DNA of 64,000 bases from Syntrophaceae bacterium (GCA_003141195.1 PLLC01000106.1:2745-66744); one strand, 5' to 3'. Numbered from the stretch's first letter, positions 53,006-62,228 are shown. Numbers and translations: made by a program. Notes: generated by a model not told the origin, from the sequence alone.

Positions 53006-54145
53006 ATGTCCTTTCAACTGACCACGGAACAGGAGATGATCCGGCTGATGGCCCGCGACTTCGCGAAGAAGGAGTTAGAGCCCTTCGCCGGAAAGTGGGA
53101 CCGGGAAGAGACCTTCCCGGAGAAGGCCGTCCAAAAGATGGGGGGGCTGGGGCTCATGGGGATGATGATCCCCGTCGAGTACGGCGGCGCGGGGGCGGGG
53201 GCGGTCAGCTATTCCCTTGCCCTCCAGGAGATCGCCTACGCCTGCGCCTCCACAGCGGTGACGATGTCGGTGACGAACCTCTCCTCCGATCCGATCCTCA
53301 AGTTCGGAAGCGAGGAGCAGAAAGAGCGTTACCTGATGCCGCTCGCCCGCGGGGAGATGCTCGGGGCCTTTGCCGTCACGGAGCCGGAGGCGGGTTCCGA
53401 CCCGGGGGGCATGACGACGCGCGCGGAGGACCGCGGCGACCACTACCGGGTCAACGGCTCGAAGATCTTCATCACCAACGGTTCTTACGCCGACGTGATC
53501 GTTCTGATCGTCCGGACGGGATCTGAAAAGTCGAACCGGGCGCTTTCCGCCTTTCTCCTCACGAAGGGGACTCCGGGGTTCCGGATCGGCCGGAGCGAGG
53601 ATAAGATGGGACTGCGCGCCTCCAATACCGTGGAACTCCTCTTTGACGACTGTCGGATACCGAAGGAGAACCTGCTGGGGAAGGAGGGGATCGGCTTCAA
53701 GATCGCGATGGTGGCCCTTGACAGCGGCCGGATCGGGATCGCCTCCCAGTCCCTCGGGATCGCCCGGGCCTGCCTCCACGAGGCCGTGGCGTACGCGAAG
53801 ACGCGCAAACAGTTCGGGAAGAACATCGGCTCCTTCCAGGCGATCCAGTGGATGATTGCCGACACCGCTGCGGAGATCGAGGCGGCCCACTGGCTCACCC
53901 TCTACGCCGCCGATAAGAAGGATCAGGGGCTCCCCTTCACCCGGGAGGCGTCGATGGCGAAGCTCTTCGCCTCCGAGATGGCGAACCGCGCCGCCTACCG
54001 TGCCGTCCAGATTCACGGCGGCTACGGCTACATGAAGGAGTTCAAGGTGGAGCGGCTCTACCGGGACGCGCGGGTCACCGCGATCTACGAGGGGACCTCC
54101 GAAGTCCAGCGGATCGTGATTGCCCGCGAGGTGATGGAAAGTTGA
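53006..54145 (+). CDS. Acyl-CoA dehydrogenase (short/medium-chain type)
   Basis: 379 aa. MSFQLTTEQEMI..., AVTEPEAGSDPG, KIFITNG, RKQFGKNIGSFQAIQ, IYEGTSEVQRIVIA. Confidence 0.92.
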   Translation: MSFQLTTEQEMIRLMARDFAKKELEPFAGKWDREETFPEKAVQKMGGLGLMGMMIPVEYGGAGAGAVSYSLALQEIAYACASTAVTMSVTNLSSDPILKFGSEEQKERYLMPLARGEMLGAFAVTEPEAGSDPGGMTTRAEDRGDHYRVNGSKIFITNGSYADVIVLIVRTGSEKSNRALSAFLLTKGTPGFRIGRSEDKMGLRASNTVELLFDDCRIPKENLLGKEGIGFKIAMVALDSGRIGIASQSLGIARACLHEAVAYAKTRKQFGKNIGSFQAIQWMIADTAAEIEAAHWLTLYAADKKDQGLPFTREASMAKLFASEMANRAAYRAVQIHGGYGYMKEFKVERLYRDARVTAIYEGTSEVQRIVIAREVMES

Positions 54146-54150
54146 ACTCC

Positions 54151-55362
54151 ATGTTGTGGAATCCATGGAATCCGTCTCTTGATCCGGGCAGAATCGCCAT
54201 CATCGGTCCGGGCCGTCTGGGAACCGCCTTTGCCTACCGGTTTGGCAGGGACAACAAGCGGGTGATCGTCTATTACCACGACATCGACGTCTGCAAGGCG
54301 ATCAACCGGGAGCACCTGAACCCCCGGCATCTGACGGAGGACCTCGCGCGGCGACTCGGCGGCATGGACAAGGTTCCGCGCCTCTCGCAAAAAGTATATG
54401 CAACGAACAACCTGGAGCAGGTCATCGAGGACAACGATTTTATCTTCCTCTCCGTCACGATGGATCGGCTTCCCGAGATTCTCAACCACACCCGGCCGAT
54501 CCTGGAGAGGAAGGGTACGAACACCTGTTTCATCTCGGCGATCAAAGGGCTCACCGCCGACGAGATCACCCGCCAGCTCATCACCCCTTCCCAGCTCATC
54601 CGCAACAATTACTTCCGGTTTAAGGATCGATTTGACGTGGTTTCCATCGGCGGGCCGTTCTTCGATACGGATATCGCGCTGGGGAATCCGGTCTGTCTGA
54701 CCGTCGCCGGGGCGAAGAGAATCTGCCGGATCGTCCGGAAGGAGTTCCTCGGCTCCAACCGGCGGGAGCTGACCTCCCTTTACAATTTCGACGCCGTCGG
54801 GGTTGAGGCCTGTGGCGCCCTGAAGAACATCGTGGCCAACGTCAAGGGGTTGGCGGACCGCCTGGACCTCGGCGATTCGATCCCGGGGACTCTTTTTTCG
54901 CGCGCCGGGGTGGAGGTCCGGTCGATCTCCCGGATCCTCGGCGGGAGCTTTCAGGCCTTCCAGAGCCAGGCCGGCGTGGGGGACATGTATGTCACCCTTT
55001 CCTCGGATGCGAGCAAGAACCACCGCTACGGCCGCTTCTTCTACGAACTCTTCACCGGGAATGCGCTGGAGACTCATCTCAAGGTCCTGCAGAAAATCGA
55101 TGGGAAGCCGGAGGGGCCCAACACGATCCTCAATGTCCACAAGTTCCTCGAGAAGCGGAACATGTACAGCCCGATCTTTCATTGCGCCTACAAGATCTTC
55201 AACGAGGAGCGGAGCCGGGAGGAGATCCGGGAGCAGATCCTCCAGGCGACGCAGTTCGACCGCCGGACGAAGGAGTACATCAGACCCGTTTCGAGGCTTC
55301 TCTACCGCCTGTTCCCGAACCTCTGGTACCGACGGCAACGCGGCCTCCTCGCCAATCCGTGA
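54151..55362 (+). CDS. NAD(P)H-dependent glycerol-3-phosphate dehydrogenase (GpsA)-like protein with C-terminal extension
   Basis: ORF 54142 (TTG, overlaps the ACAD stop) / ATG 54151. Rossmann IAIIGPGRLGTAF. GpsA-like ACGALKNIVA...GTLFSRAGVEVRSI. About 60-70 aa longer than a typical GpsA. Confidence 0.7.
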   Translation: MLWNPWNPSLDPGRIAIIGPGRLGTAFAYRFGRDNKRVIVYYHDIDVCKAINREHLNPRHLTEDLARRLGGMDKVPRLSQKVYATNNLEQVIEDNDFIFLSVTMDRLPEILNHTRPILERKGTNTCFISAIKGLTADEITRQLITPSQLIRNNYFRFKDRFDVVSIGGPFFDTDIALGNPVCLTVAGAKRICRIVRKEFLGSNRRELTSLYNFDAVGVEACGALKNIVANVKGLADRLDLGDSIPGTLFSRAGVEVRSISRILGGSFQAFQSQAGVGDMYVTLSSDASKNHRYGRFFYELFTGNALETHLKVLQKIDGKPEGPNTILNVHKFLEKRNMYSPIFHCAYKIFNEERSREEIREQILQATQFDRRTKEYIRPVSRLLYRLFPNLWYRRQRGLLANP

Positions 55363-55381
55363 ATAAATGCTGAATAAATGC

Positions 55382-55411
55382 TTGACATCCCTTTTTCCCT
55401 TGTGTTATGGA
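55382..55411 (+). promoter_or_regulatory. Sigma-70-type promoter candidate for the trpB2 leader
   Basis: TTGACA (55382-55387), 18 nt, TATGGA (55406-55411). Confidence 0.45.
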
Positions 55412-55438
55412 AACCGAAAAACAGGGAGTGTTGAAACC

Positions 55439-55507
55439 GTGAAGATGGATGTAAGAATCATTTCGTTGTTCTGGTGGTGGCAGACCTCAAAAGTCTGCCC
55501 GCTATAG
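55439..55507 (+). CDS. Trp-rich leader peptide (attenuation leader) upstream of trpB2
   Basis: GTG at 55439 (GGGAG at 55424-28) or ATG at 55445: (MK)MDVRIISLFWWWQTSKVCPL*. Three consecutive TGG codons at 55472-55480. Below the ORF-track length cutoff. Confidence 0.7.
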   Translation: MKMDVRIISLFWWWQTSKVCPL

Positions 55508-55570
55508 TTCTATGTAAATTGAGCCGTGGGCAGGGAGACCCCTTCCCATGTTTCGAAATGAAAGTGCATG

Positions 55571-55600
55571 AAGCCATGGGAAGTTCCCATGGCTTTTTTA
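55571..55600 (+). terminator. Attenuator terminator of the trpB2 leader
   Basis: AAGCCATGGGAA (55571-82) pairs with TTCCCATGGCTT (55585-96), followed by a T run to 55599. An upstream CTTCCCATG (55542-50) is complementary to the left arm CATGGGAAG (55575-83), giving an antiterminator option. Lies 32 nt before the trpB2 ATG. Confidence 0.75.
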
Positions 55601-55631
55601 GTTTTTGACTACATGAAAAAGGAGACGGATT

Positions 55632-56993
55632 ATGGAACAGACCAAGGTAGTTCTGACGGATCAGGAAATCCCGAAGCAATGGTACAACATCCAGGCGGAT
55701 TTGCCCAAACCCATGAGCCCCCCCCTCCATCCGGGGACGGGGAAACCGGTCGGGCCGGAAGACCTGGCGCCGATCTTCCCGATGAACCTCATCGAGCAGG
55801 AGGTGAGCCAGGAGCGGTGGATCGACATCCCCGGCGAGGTCCTCGAGAAATATCTGATTTGGAGGCCTTCTCCTCTCTGCCGGGCGGTGAATTTCGAGAA
55901 GCTCTTAGACGCCCCGGTGAAGATCTATTACAAGAACGAGGGAATGAGCCCCGCCGGTTCCCACAAACCGAACACCGCCATCGCGCAAGCCTACTACAAC
56001 AAAGCCTTCGGCGTGAAGCGGCTCTCCACGGAGACCGGCGCCGGCCAGTGGGGAAGCGCGCTGGCGATGGCCTGCAAGATGTTCGACCTGGAGTGCCGGG
56101 TTTTTATGGTCCGGGTGAGCTATGATCAGAAGCCTTATCGGCGGATGATGATGAACACCTGGGGCGCCGAGTGCATCGCGAGCCCCAGCGACCGGACCGA
56201 GGCGGGGCGGAAAGTCCTGGCGGAGCATCCCGATTCCCCGGGGAGCCTCGGGATGGCGATCAGCGAGGCGGTGGAGGATGCCGTATCCCGGGAGAATTCC
56301 CGTTATTCGCTGGGCAGCGTCCTGAACCACGTCCTGCTGCACCAGACGATCATCGGTCTGGAGGCGCAAAAGCAGCTTGAAAAGATCGGGGTCTATCCCG
56401 ACGTGGTGATTGGCTGCGCCGGCGGCGGGAGCAATTTTGCCGGCGTCGCGCTCCCGTTCGTCCGGGACAAGATCCACGGGAAGCAGATAAGGATCATCGG
56501 CGCCGAACCGACCTCCTGCCCGACGATGACAAGAGGGCCTTTCGCCTACGATTTCGGCGATCTGGCCAAGAAGACGCCGCTGTTGCCGATGTACACGCTC
56601 GGCCACGACTATGTGCCCGCGCCGATCCACGCCGGGGGGCTCCGCTACCACGGGATGGCGCCGATCGTAAGCCACCTCCTCCGGGAAGGGCTGATCGAGG
56701 CCAAGGCCTATGACCAGATCGAGACCTTCGAGGCGGGCGTGAAGTGGGCGCGGACCGAGGGCTTTATCCCCGCCCCGGAGACCAACCACGCCATCGCCGC
56801 GGTCATCGCAGAGGCGCGGCGAGCGAAGGAAGAGGGGAAGGAGAGGACGATCCTCTTCAACTGGAGCGGCCATGGGTTGGTCGATCTGGCGTCCTACGAC
56901 GCGTACCTCACCGGGAAACTCATCCCCTACGCACTTCCCGACGAGGAGATCCAGCGGGCGTTGAAGGCGATCGAAGGTTTCCCGAAGCCGTAA
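55632..56993 (+). CDS. trpB: TrpB2-type tryptophan synthase beta subunit-like PLP enzyme
   Basis: 453 aa (long TrpB2 form). [18 protein letters not shown] (PLP Lys), [35 protein letters not shown]. No trpA adjacent. Confidence 0.9.
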   Translation: MEQTKVVLTDQEIPKQWYNIQADLPKPMSPPLHPGTGKPVGPEDLAPIFPMNLIEQEVSQERWIDIPGEVLEKYLIWRPSPLCRAVNFEKLLDAPVKIYYKNEGMSPAGSHKPNTAIAQAYYNKAFGVKRLSTETGAGQWGSALAMACKMFDLECRVFMVRVSYDQKPYRRMMMNTWGAECIASPSDRTEAGRKVLAEHPDSPGSLGMAISEAVEDAVSRENSRYSLGSVLNHVLLHQTIIGLEAQKQLEKIGVYPDVVIGCAGGGSNFAGVALPFVRDKIHGKQIRIIGAEPTSCPTMTRGPFAYDFGDLAKKTPLLPMYTLGHDYVPAPIHAGGLRYHGMAPIVSHLLREGLIEAKAYDQIETFEAGVKWARTEGFIPAPETNHAIAAVIAEARRAKEEGKERTILFNWSGHGLVDLASYDAYLTGKLIPYALPDEEIQRALKAIEGFPKP

Positions 56994-57063
56994 ACATTCC
57001 CCGGTTCCCATCGCCAAATTCCTCCGCTGGAGGCGAAAGGGACGCAGGGTATCCTCTCCGATA

Positions 57064-57101
57064 TTCTTTGGGACCGCCCCGGCCGGGGCGGTCCCAAAGA
57101 A
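57064..57101. terminator. 38-nt perfect GC-rich palindrome after trpB2 (terminator-like hairpin, no clear U tract)
   Basis: TTCTTTGGGACCGCCCCGG / CCGGGGCGGTCCCAAAGAA, read directly. Lies 71 nt after the trpB2 stop. Confidence 0.5.
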
Positions 57102-57303
57102 TTCCCCTTGCAACCACCCGTCCCATCCGATAGACTTTTCATGAAAGAGGGGGGGGGATAGCGCCCTGTTTCCCCGGGATGCTCGAATGCCGGGGAATCG
57201 CTTTTTGTCCACCTTGCCGGCGGGAAAACTCAGGCGTGAAATCGTTCTCTTCCGCTGTTCGGTACGTTGGTTGAAAACCCGCATGAAGGCGTCTGGTCAT
57301 GAA

Positions 57304-58233
57304 ATGAGAAAAGCCGTACCTGCGATCATCATCTTCCTGCTGTTCACTTTCATGGCAGGACCAACCCCCGCCGCCGGGGAGCTCCGGCTGGAGAATGGCC
57401 GCTTCGTCATCCGCTACGCCGCGGTGGATGAGCGGCTCGCAGCGGAACTGGCGCGCGAATCCCTCCGAATCCGGGAGAGGGTCATCGCCGACATCGGGGT
57501 GGATTTTCCGGAAAAGACGGAGGTCCGGATTTGTCCCAGCATCGAGGCGTTCCGGGAAGCGCAGCCGCAAGGAACGTGGATTCCCCTATGGGCGGTCGGT
57601 GTGGCCTATCCCGGGGAGAATCTGATTGTCCTTCGCGCGCCGCGGGCCGTCAAAGGAAGCCGGATCGATGTGCTCGACGTTTTTGCCCATGAGTTCAGTC
57701 ACATCTCCCTGGGTCGCGCCCTCGCGGGGGTGAGGGTTCCGGTCTGGCTCAACGAAGGGCTCGCAATCTACGAGGCTCGAGAGTGGACCTTTTCCCGGAT
57801 CTCCGTCCTGACGAGGGCCTCCCTCATGGACCGGCTGATCCCACTGCCCGTTCTCACCCTGTCGTTTCCGGCGGAGGAGGGACTGGCCGAACTGGCTTAT
57901 GCGGAGAGTTTCATGTTCGTCTCCTTCCTGATCAACAAGGTGGGTCGGGAGGCCTTCCATCGCCTGATCCGGGACTACACCCGTTATGGGGATCTGGAGG
58001 GGGCCCTCCGGCGGGGGACCGGGATGACTCTCGCCGACCTGGAGGAACGGTGGCTGGTCTATCTGAAGCTCCGCGTCTCCTGGATACCGATCATTACGAG
58101 CGTCTCGGCACTCTGGTTCATTGCGGCACTCATCTTCATTTACGGGTACATGCGGAAGAAACGACAGGCGGAACGGCGTCTGATAGAGATGGGGAAGGAG
58201 GAGGCATCCGAAGAGTGGCATCCAAACGACTGA
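57304..58233 (+). CDS. Peptidase MA-like zinc metallopeptidase with C-terminal TM anchor
   Basis: ORF 57187..58233, trimmed to the ATG at 57304 (alternative 57283). Signal/TM AVPAIIIFLLFTFMAG. HEXXH (FAHEFSHISL) plus downstream NEGLAIYEA. C-terminal TM ITSVSALWFIAALIFIYGY. Confidence 0.75.
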   Translation: MRKAVPAIIIFLLFTFMAGPTPAAGELRLENGRFVIRYAAVDERLAAELARESLRIRERVIADIGVDFPEKTEVRICPSIEAFREAQPQGTWIPLWAVGVAYPGENLIVLRAPRAVKGSRIDVLDVFAHEFSHISLGRALAGVRVPVWLNEGLAIYEAREWTFSRISVLTRASLMDRLIPLPVLTLSFPAEEGLAELAYAESFMFVSFLINKVGREAFHRLIRDYTRYGDLEGALRRGTGMTLADLEERWLVYLKLRVSWIPIITSVSALWFIAALIFIYGYMRKKRQAERRLIEMGKEEASEEWHPND

Positions 58234-58562
58234 TCATCACAGGTCTTGTCCTGATCTTTTTCGGAACGACTTTGCTTTCTTGAAGCGTGCCGCTCCCCGT
58301 GGCGTCCGGACCGGAATGGTCCACCCGGGAAGGGGAGATGCCTGCGCCGCAGGTGAAAAATGAATTCAAAAACGGCCTGATTTCCCTGAAGTTCGGGATG
58401 CCGAGATCGGGGAGGCCCTCGAGGCCGTCGCGGAAAAGACGGGGATCGGCCTCGCCAAAGCGATCTATGGCCTTCAGGTCCGCTCCGGTCTCCGCAAGTG
58501 AGGACTGCGCAATGGGAACGGATCAAGATAAGGATCGTGCGTGTCCGCCTGTTTCAAATGTG

Positions 58563-58588
58563 GTCAAAATCCTCTGTCAAAATCCTCT
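58563..58588 (+). repeat. Perfect tandem 13-bp direct repeat GTCAAAATCCTCT x2 abutting a promoter-like -35 box
   Basis: 58563-58575 and 58576-58588 are identical. The last T is the first base of TTGACA at 58588. Confidence 0.85.
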
Positions 58589-58616
58589 TGACACACAAAA
58601 CCCTTCTTCATATACT
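58588..58616 (+). promoter_or_regulatory. Promoter-like element P1 (TTGACA-N17-TATACT) in a convergent intergenic region
   Basis: TTGACA 58588-93, 17-nt spacer, TATACT 58611-16. Confidence 0.5.
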
Positions 58617-58646
58617 CTTATCGCGAAAAAGGAATTGCTTATAAAT

Positions 58647-58675
58647 TTGACACACAAGACTCCTTTCCGTATCCT
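58647..58675 (+). promoter_or_regulatory. Promoter-like element P2 (TTGACA-N17-TATCCT), a duplicate of P1 59 bp downstream
   Basis: TTGACACACAAG...TATCCT at 58647-75. It shares TTGACACACAA with P1. Downstream hairpin ACTTAC-gcaaaa-GTAAGT (58677-94) and a T7 run at 58768-74. Confidence 0.5.
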
Positions 58676-58777
58676 CAACTTACGCAAAAGTAAGTTCTCA
58701 TCAATTCAATAAATTCAATTCAATCAATCTGGGAACAAAGTATCCATCCGCTGGGTCTATGTTCGCCTTTTTTTCCG

Positions 58778-60151
58778 CTATCGTTTTTTGAACCTTGTGA
58801 AGCACAGGTCGTCCGACGGCACATACTGCTTGAACTCAGGGTATCGGACCAGATTCACTCCCAGGCGTGAGAGCCACCAAGCATTGATCATAGGCCATTC
58901 CTGGACGAAGGCGATGTTGTGCTGATCATCGGCACGTGCCAGGCGGATGTAGTGTGCTGCATGGTGAGAGGCAGGATCCATGAAAACGGTTCCCTCAGGC
59001 GCTTCTATGTGTAGCCCCGATTCGAGAGCCTGGATCACTTCGGCCTGCTGCGTGGTTCCGGCCAGCCGAACCGCATTGGCGTAGAGATGGATCGTAAAGT
59101 AAGTGTTCTGCGCCTCTTGGCCGATATAGGGATCCTCGGGAAAAAGATTGAACCAGCGTTTGACAAATGCCCGATTGCGTATCGTGGCGATTTCCATCAT
59201 GTAGTTGACGGCATTGTGCAGACCTGCCAGGGCCGGGGGCCTGAACTTGACATGTTCGTATCCCTGGGCCATATTCACGGTGGAGGCCATGGGAAAACGG
59301 AGACCCGCATCCGCCGCCTGGGTGTAATAGTTCTGCTGAGCGGCGCCGACCAGGAGCGTCATCACCCAATCCGGTCTGGCCTGTCGGATGCGATTGACCA
59401 CCTCGCCGAACGAGGAAACCCCCAGGGGGATGAACTCCTCGCCGATGATCTCCGCGCCTGCCAGAAGCGCGGTGGCCCGCGTCCAGGCCGCCGTCAGGCG
59501 TCCGAAATTGTAATCGGCCGCGATGATATAAATCCTTGAGCCGTAGGCCTTGACCATGTAATCGACCACCGGGATGACCTGCTGTTCGCATACGGCACCG
59601 GTGAAGAAGGCGTTCTTATCCGCGACGCCCCCTTCGTACTGGTTGGCATAGAAATAGAGCTGACGGTTCTCGTCCACGATGGGTCGGATGGCTTCTCGGG
59701 AAGCGCTGGTGAATCCTGCAACCAGAGCATCGACTTTTTCGCGGCAGATCAGGCGGTCGGCCATCTGTTTCCAGACCTCAATATCCGATCGACCATCCAA
59801 GGCGAACAGCTGGACATCTCTGCCGAGGATGCCCTTCTCCCCGGAACGGACGAGGATCTTGTCCCCCTCAGCGAAAAGTAGTTTGACATTGTTTTTTTCA
59901 CCCCCGCGATCCATAAAGAGGAGCTCTGCCCCTCTGGTTTTCAGCAGGGGAGGCCTCGAGGCATACTGTCCCAGTATCCCCAGTCCCGGAGAGCCCATGT
60001 GTCCGCCCGCCAGCTTGAATCCGGCGTTGATCTCTTTCACGGCAAGCTGGGCGGCGTGCCATTTGGATATCCCGTAGATGGACAGATCACCGGAGAGATC
60101 CTCGATAAAACCAATCTTGACAAGTCCTCTGTCAACCACCTTTTGATCCAT
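58778..60151 (-). CDS. Cytoplasmic AmiC-like / type-1 periplasmic-binding-fold ligand-binding protein (amide/urea/branched-chain amino acid binding family)
   Basis: ORF 58778..60226, trimmed to the ATG at 60151 (MDQKVVDRGLVKIGFIEDLSGDLSIYG...). No signal peptide. VDALVAGFTSASREA, YIIAADYNFGR. Contains a ~70-aa insertion (KLAGGHMGSPGLG...VQLFALDG). Confidence 0.7.
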   Translation of the reverse strand: MDQKVVDRGLVKIGFIEDLSGDLSIYGISKWHAAQLAVKEINAGFKLAGGHMGSPGLGILGQYASRPPLLKTRGAELLFMDRGGEKNNVKLLFAEGDKILVRSGEKGILGRDVQLFALDGRSDIEVWKQMADRLICREKVDALVAGFTSASREAIRPIVDENRQLYFYANQYEGGVADKNAFFTGAVCEQQVIPVVDYMVKAYGSRIYIIAADYNFGRLTAAWTRATALLAGAEIIGEEFIPLGVSSFGEVVNRIRQARPDWVMTLLVGAAQQNYYTQAADAGLRFPMASTVNMAQGYEHVKFRPPALAGLHNAVNYMMEIATIRNRAFVKRWFNLFPEDPYIGQEAQNTYFTIHLYANAVRLAGTTQQAEVIQALESGLHIEAPEGTVFMDPASHHAAHYIRLARADDQHNIAFVQEWPMINAWWLSRLGVNLVRYPEFKQYVPSDDLCFTRFKKR

Positions 60152-60248
60152 AACGAACCGTACCCCCAATGAAATTCGATCGTGCCTCTTGTCCGGCGGG
60201 AGGTCTGCCGTGCCCCGAACCGCCATCTGTGGAACACGCCAGGTCTCC

Positions 60249-62048
60249 CTATTTCAAGGAAAGAAGATGATCGCTCAGATTCTCCGCTTTGTGCCTTATC
60301 CCGATTTTCTTCCGGATGCTCAGTCGGTGAGAGTCGACGGTCCGTGGGGACAGATTCAGGATCTTTGCGATCTCCTTCGTGGATCGACCCTCCCTGAGCA
60401 GATTGGCCACCTGAATCTCCATCGACGACAAGCCGAGCGATGCCGAGGAGAGCTTCAGTGAAAAGGAAGAGAGGAGGTCCTTTGCGGAAGACTCCAGCAG
60501 ATCGAACAGTATCTCCTGCTGCCGGTTCATGCCGCTGAACTTCATCCTTTCCAGGAGCGGATCGAAACGGTGTCTGATATTGGCAAGTATCTTTTCTTCG
60601 ATCTGTGCCCGGTACTCATCCCTCTCCTTTAAAAGAACCTTCATGGCGATGCTCAGCTCGTCGAGTTTCCGGGATTTAAGCTTCAGATCATCTTCCCGCA
60701 TCCGGATGGTCTTCCATGCCTCCCGCAGTTCGGTGATATCCGTCAGGACGGTGCAGTAACCGCAGAAATGGGAGTCATCGTCAAAGATGACCCTCGGGGA
60801 GGCGATGGTCGGGATCTCCCGCCCGTTGCCGCCCGCCCAGGTGATTTCGTACGAGGTTGTTTCTCCGTTCTGAGCCCGCCGATGATGATCGAGAAGGATC
60901 TTCTTGTTGGGCTCATCCAAAAAAAAGCTCACGGGGAGACCGATGATTTCGTCCAGATGATAACCCCACATCTGGCAGAGCTTATGATTGGCATAGATGA
61001 GCGTCAATTCTTCATCAACGATCATGAATCCCTCGTTCATGGTCTCCAGCAGAAGTCGATACTTGCTTTCGCTTTCCCGTAAGGCGTCGACGGCCCGAAC
61101 CCGCGCGATGATGGAGGCCATCCTGCTGCCGATGGCCTCCACGGTGTTACGGACGCTGGCGATCAGAGTGGTTTGTTTCCGGGCGTAGAGGATCAGGGCG
61201 GCAATCACCTGCCCGTTGTAACTCATGGGGATGATGGCCTGACAGGACAAGACACCTTCCTGTCCGATGTCCACGGGTGGGCTGGCGATGTCGATCTTCG
61301 GATGGTTGGAATAGATCGGTTTGCCGATCATAACCAGCCGCGTCTGCTGCGAGGCGAAATCATGGAAATCCATGGACTCCGAGTAGGAAGACAGCAATCC
61401 CCGCGTCAGCCCGAGCTTCAGACCTCCGGTTAGCGGGTCGACAATATAGACGCAGCCCGCATGGATTCCCTCGATCTGGCAGACGAACTTCAGGGCTTGC
61501 CCCATGGCTTCTTTGAGATCCCTTGTCAGTCCAAGGGCAAAACCGAGGTTCTGGATGATGCCGATGAGCTCTTCGGCTGTTTTCATCCGGTAGATATTGC
61601 GAAACGTCCCGCGAAACCCGAAAGGGCGACCTTCCGAGGTTAGGGGTAAGACGTGCAAGAGAACAGGTAAAGGGTTTCCGGTGCTGGTTAACCCGGTCAA
61701 CTCGAGGTGCGGTGGCTGCGGCTGGATGTTCAGCAGGGATTGGAAGTATTTTTCGACCTTTTCTCGGTCATTGGGAACAAAGAGATCCGGAACACGAAGA
61801 CCCCTTTCCAAATCCTTATCCGAATAGCCGAAAAGATCAAGGCCCGCGGAATTGAAACGGACTAGACAACCGTCAAGATCACACTCAAAAAGGCCATCCG
61901 GAAAGAGTGCCGCGACATTCGCAAATCCTACATTGTTTCGCTTCAGAATCAGCTGCAACCGATTGGAGAGCGGTCGTGGATTGACTCTTCCAGGACACTT
62001 TCCCATAAGAAGAACTCCAAGCTGGAACAGACATTTGGGGTGGCCCAT
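60249..62048 (-). CDS. PAS-GAF-PAS sensor fused to a LuxR-type HTH transcriptional regulator
   Basis: 599 aa (alternative start ATG at 62006 with GGAG upstream). C-terminal HTH SSMEIQVANLLREGRSTKEIAKILNLSPRTVDSHRLSIRKKIG. PAS-like segments (FPDGLFECDLDG..., GFMIVDEELTLIYANHKLCQMWGY) flank a GAF-like core. Confidence 0.8.
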   Translation of the reverse strand: MGHPKCLFQLGVLLMGKCPGRVNPRPLSNRLQLILKRNNVGFANVAALFPDGLFECDLDGCLVRFNSAGLDLFGYSDKDLERGLRVPDLFVPNDREKVEKYFQSLLNIQPQPPHLELTGLTSTGNPLPVLLHVLPLTSEGRPFGFRGTFRNIYRMKTAEELIGIIQNLGFALGLTRDLKEAMGQALKFVCQIEGIHAGCVYIVDPLTGGLKLGLTRGLLSSYSESMDFHDFASQQTRLVMIGKPIYSNHPKIDIASPPVDIGQEGVLSCQAIIPMSYNGQVIAALILYARKQTTLIASVRNTVEAIGSRMASIIARVRAVDALRESESKYRLLLETMNEGFMIVDEELTLIYANHKLCQMWGYHLDEIIGLPVSFFLDEPNKKILLDHHRRAQNGETTSYEITWAGGNGREIPTIASPRVIFDDDSHFCGYCTVLTDITELREAWKTIRMREDDLKLKSRKLDELSIAMKVLLKERDEYRAQIEEKILANIRHRFDPLLERMKFSGMNRQQEILFDLLESSAKDLLSSFSLKLSSASLGLSSMEIQVANLLREGRSTKEIAKILNLSPRTVDSHRLSIRKKIGIRHKAENLSDHLLSLK

Positions 62049-62228
62049 TCATCAGGGCCACGCTTTCCTCTCCGGCGGGACTACCTATGTGAGCAGTTTA
62101 CATTAAAAGGTTTTTATGTCAATTGGGATCAGGAGATCCATGGACAACACTTCGCCGACAAGAGGGATGGATCGATTTTGGGCTGCCGCGCGAGTCCCGA
62201 CTGGTGGAACAGGCACGGCAGCCTTATG

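Noticed and set aside
55568-56125. 185-aa plus-strand ORF starting inside the attenuator hairpin and overlapping trpB2 out of frame
   Set aside because: Its start lies within the terminator stem. The translation is Gly/Arg/Pro-rich, and the overlapping trpB2 frame has complete PLP-enzyme motifs.
58287-58712. 141-aa ORF, and a possible UGA read-through ORF (ATG 58316 ... TGA 58361 ... stop 58499), downstream of the peptidase gene
   Set aside because: The 141-aa frame runs into the AT-rich promoter-like region with poor coding bias. The read-through candidate has no redox-type motif around the UGA (…CAAGEK-U-IQK…) and no SECIS-like hairpin. Only the distal part (PEVRDAEIGEALEAVAEKTGIGLAKAIYGLQ) looks protein-like, probably a gene remnant.
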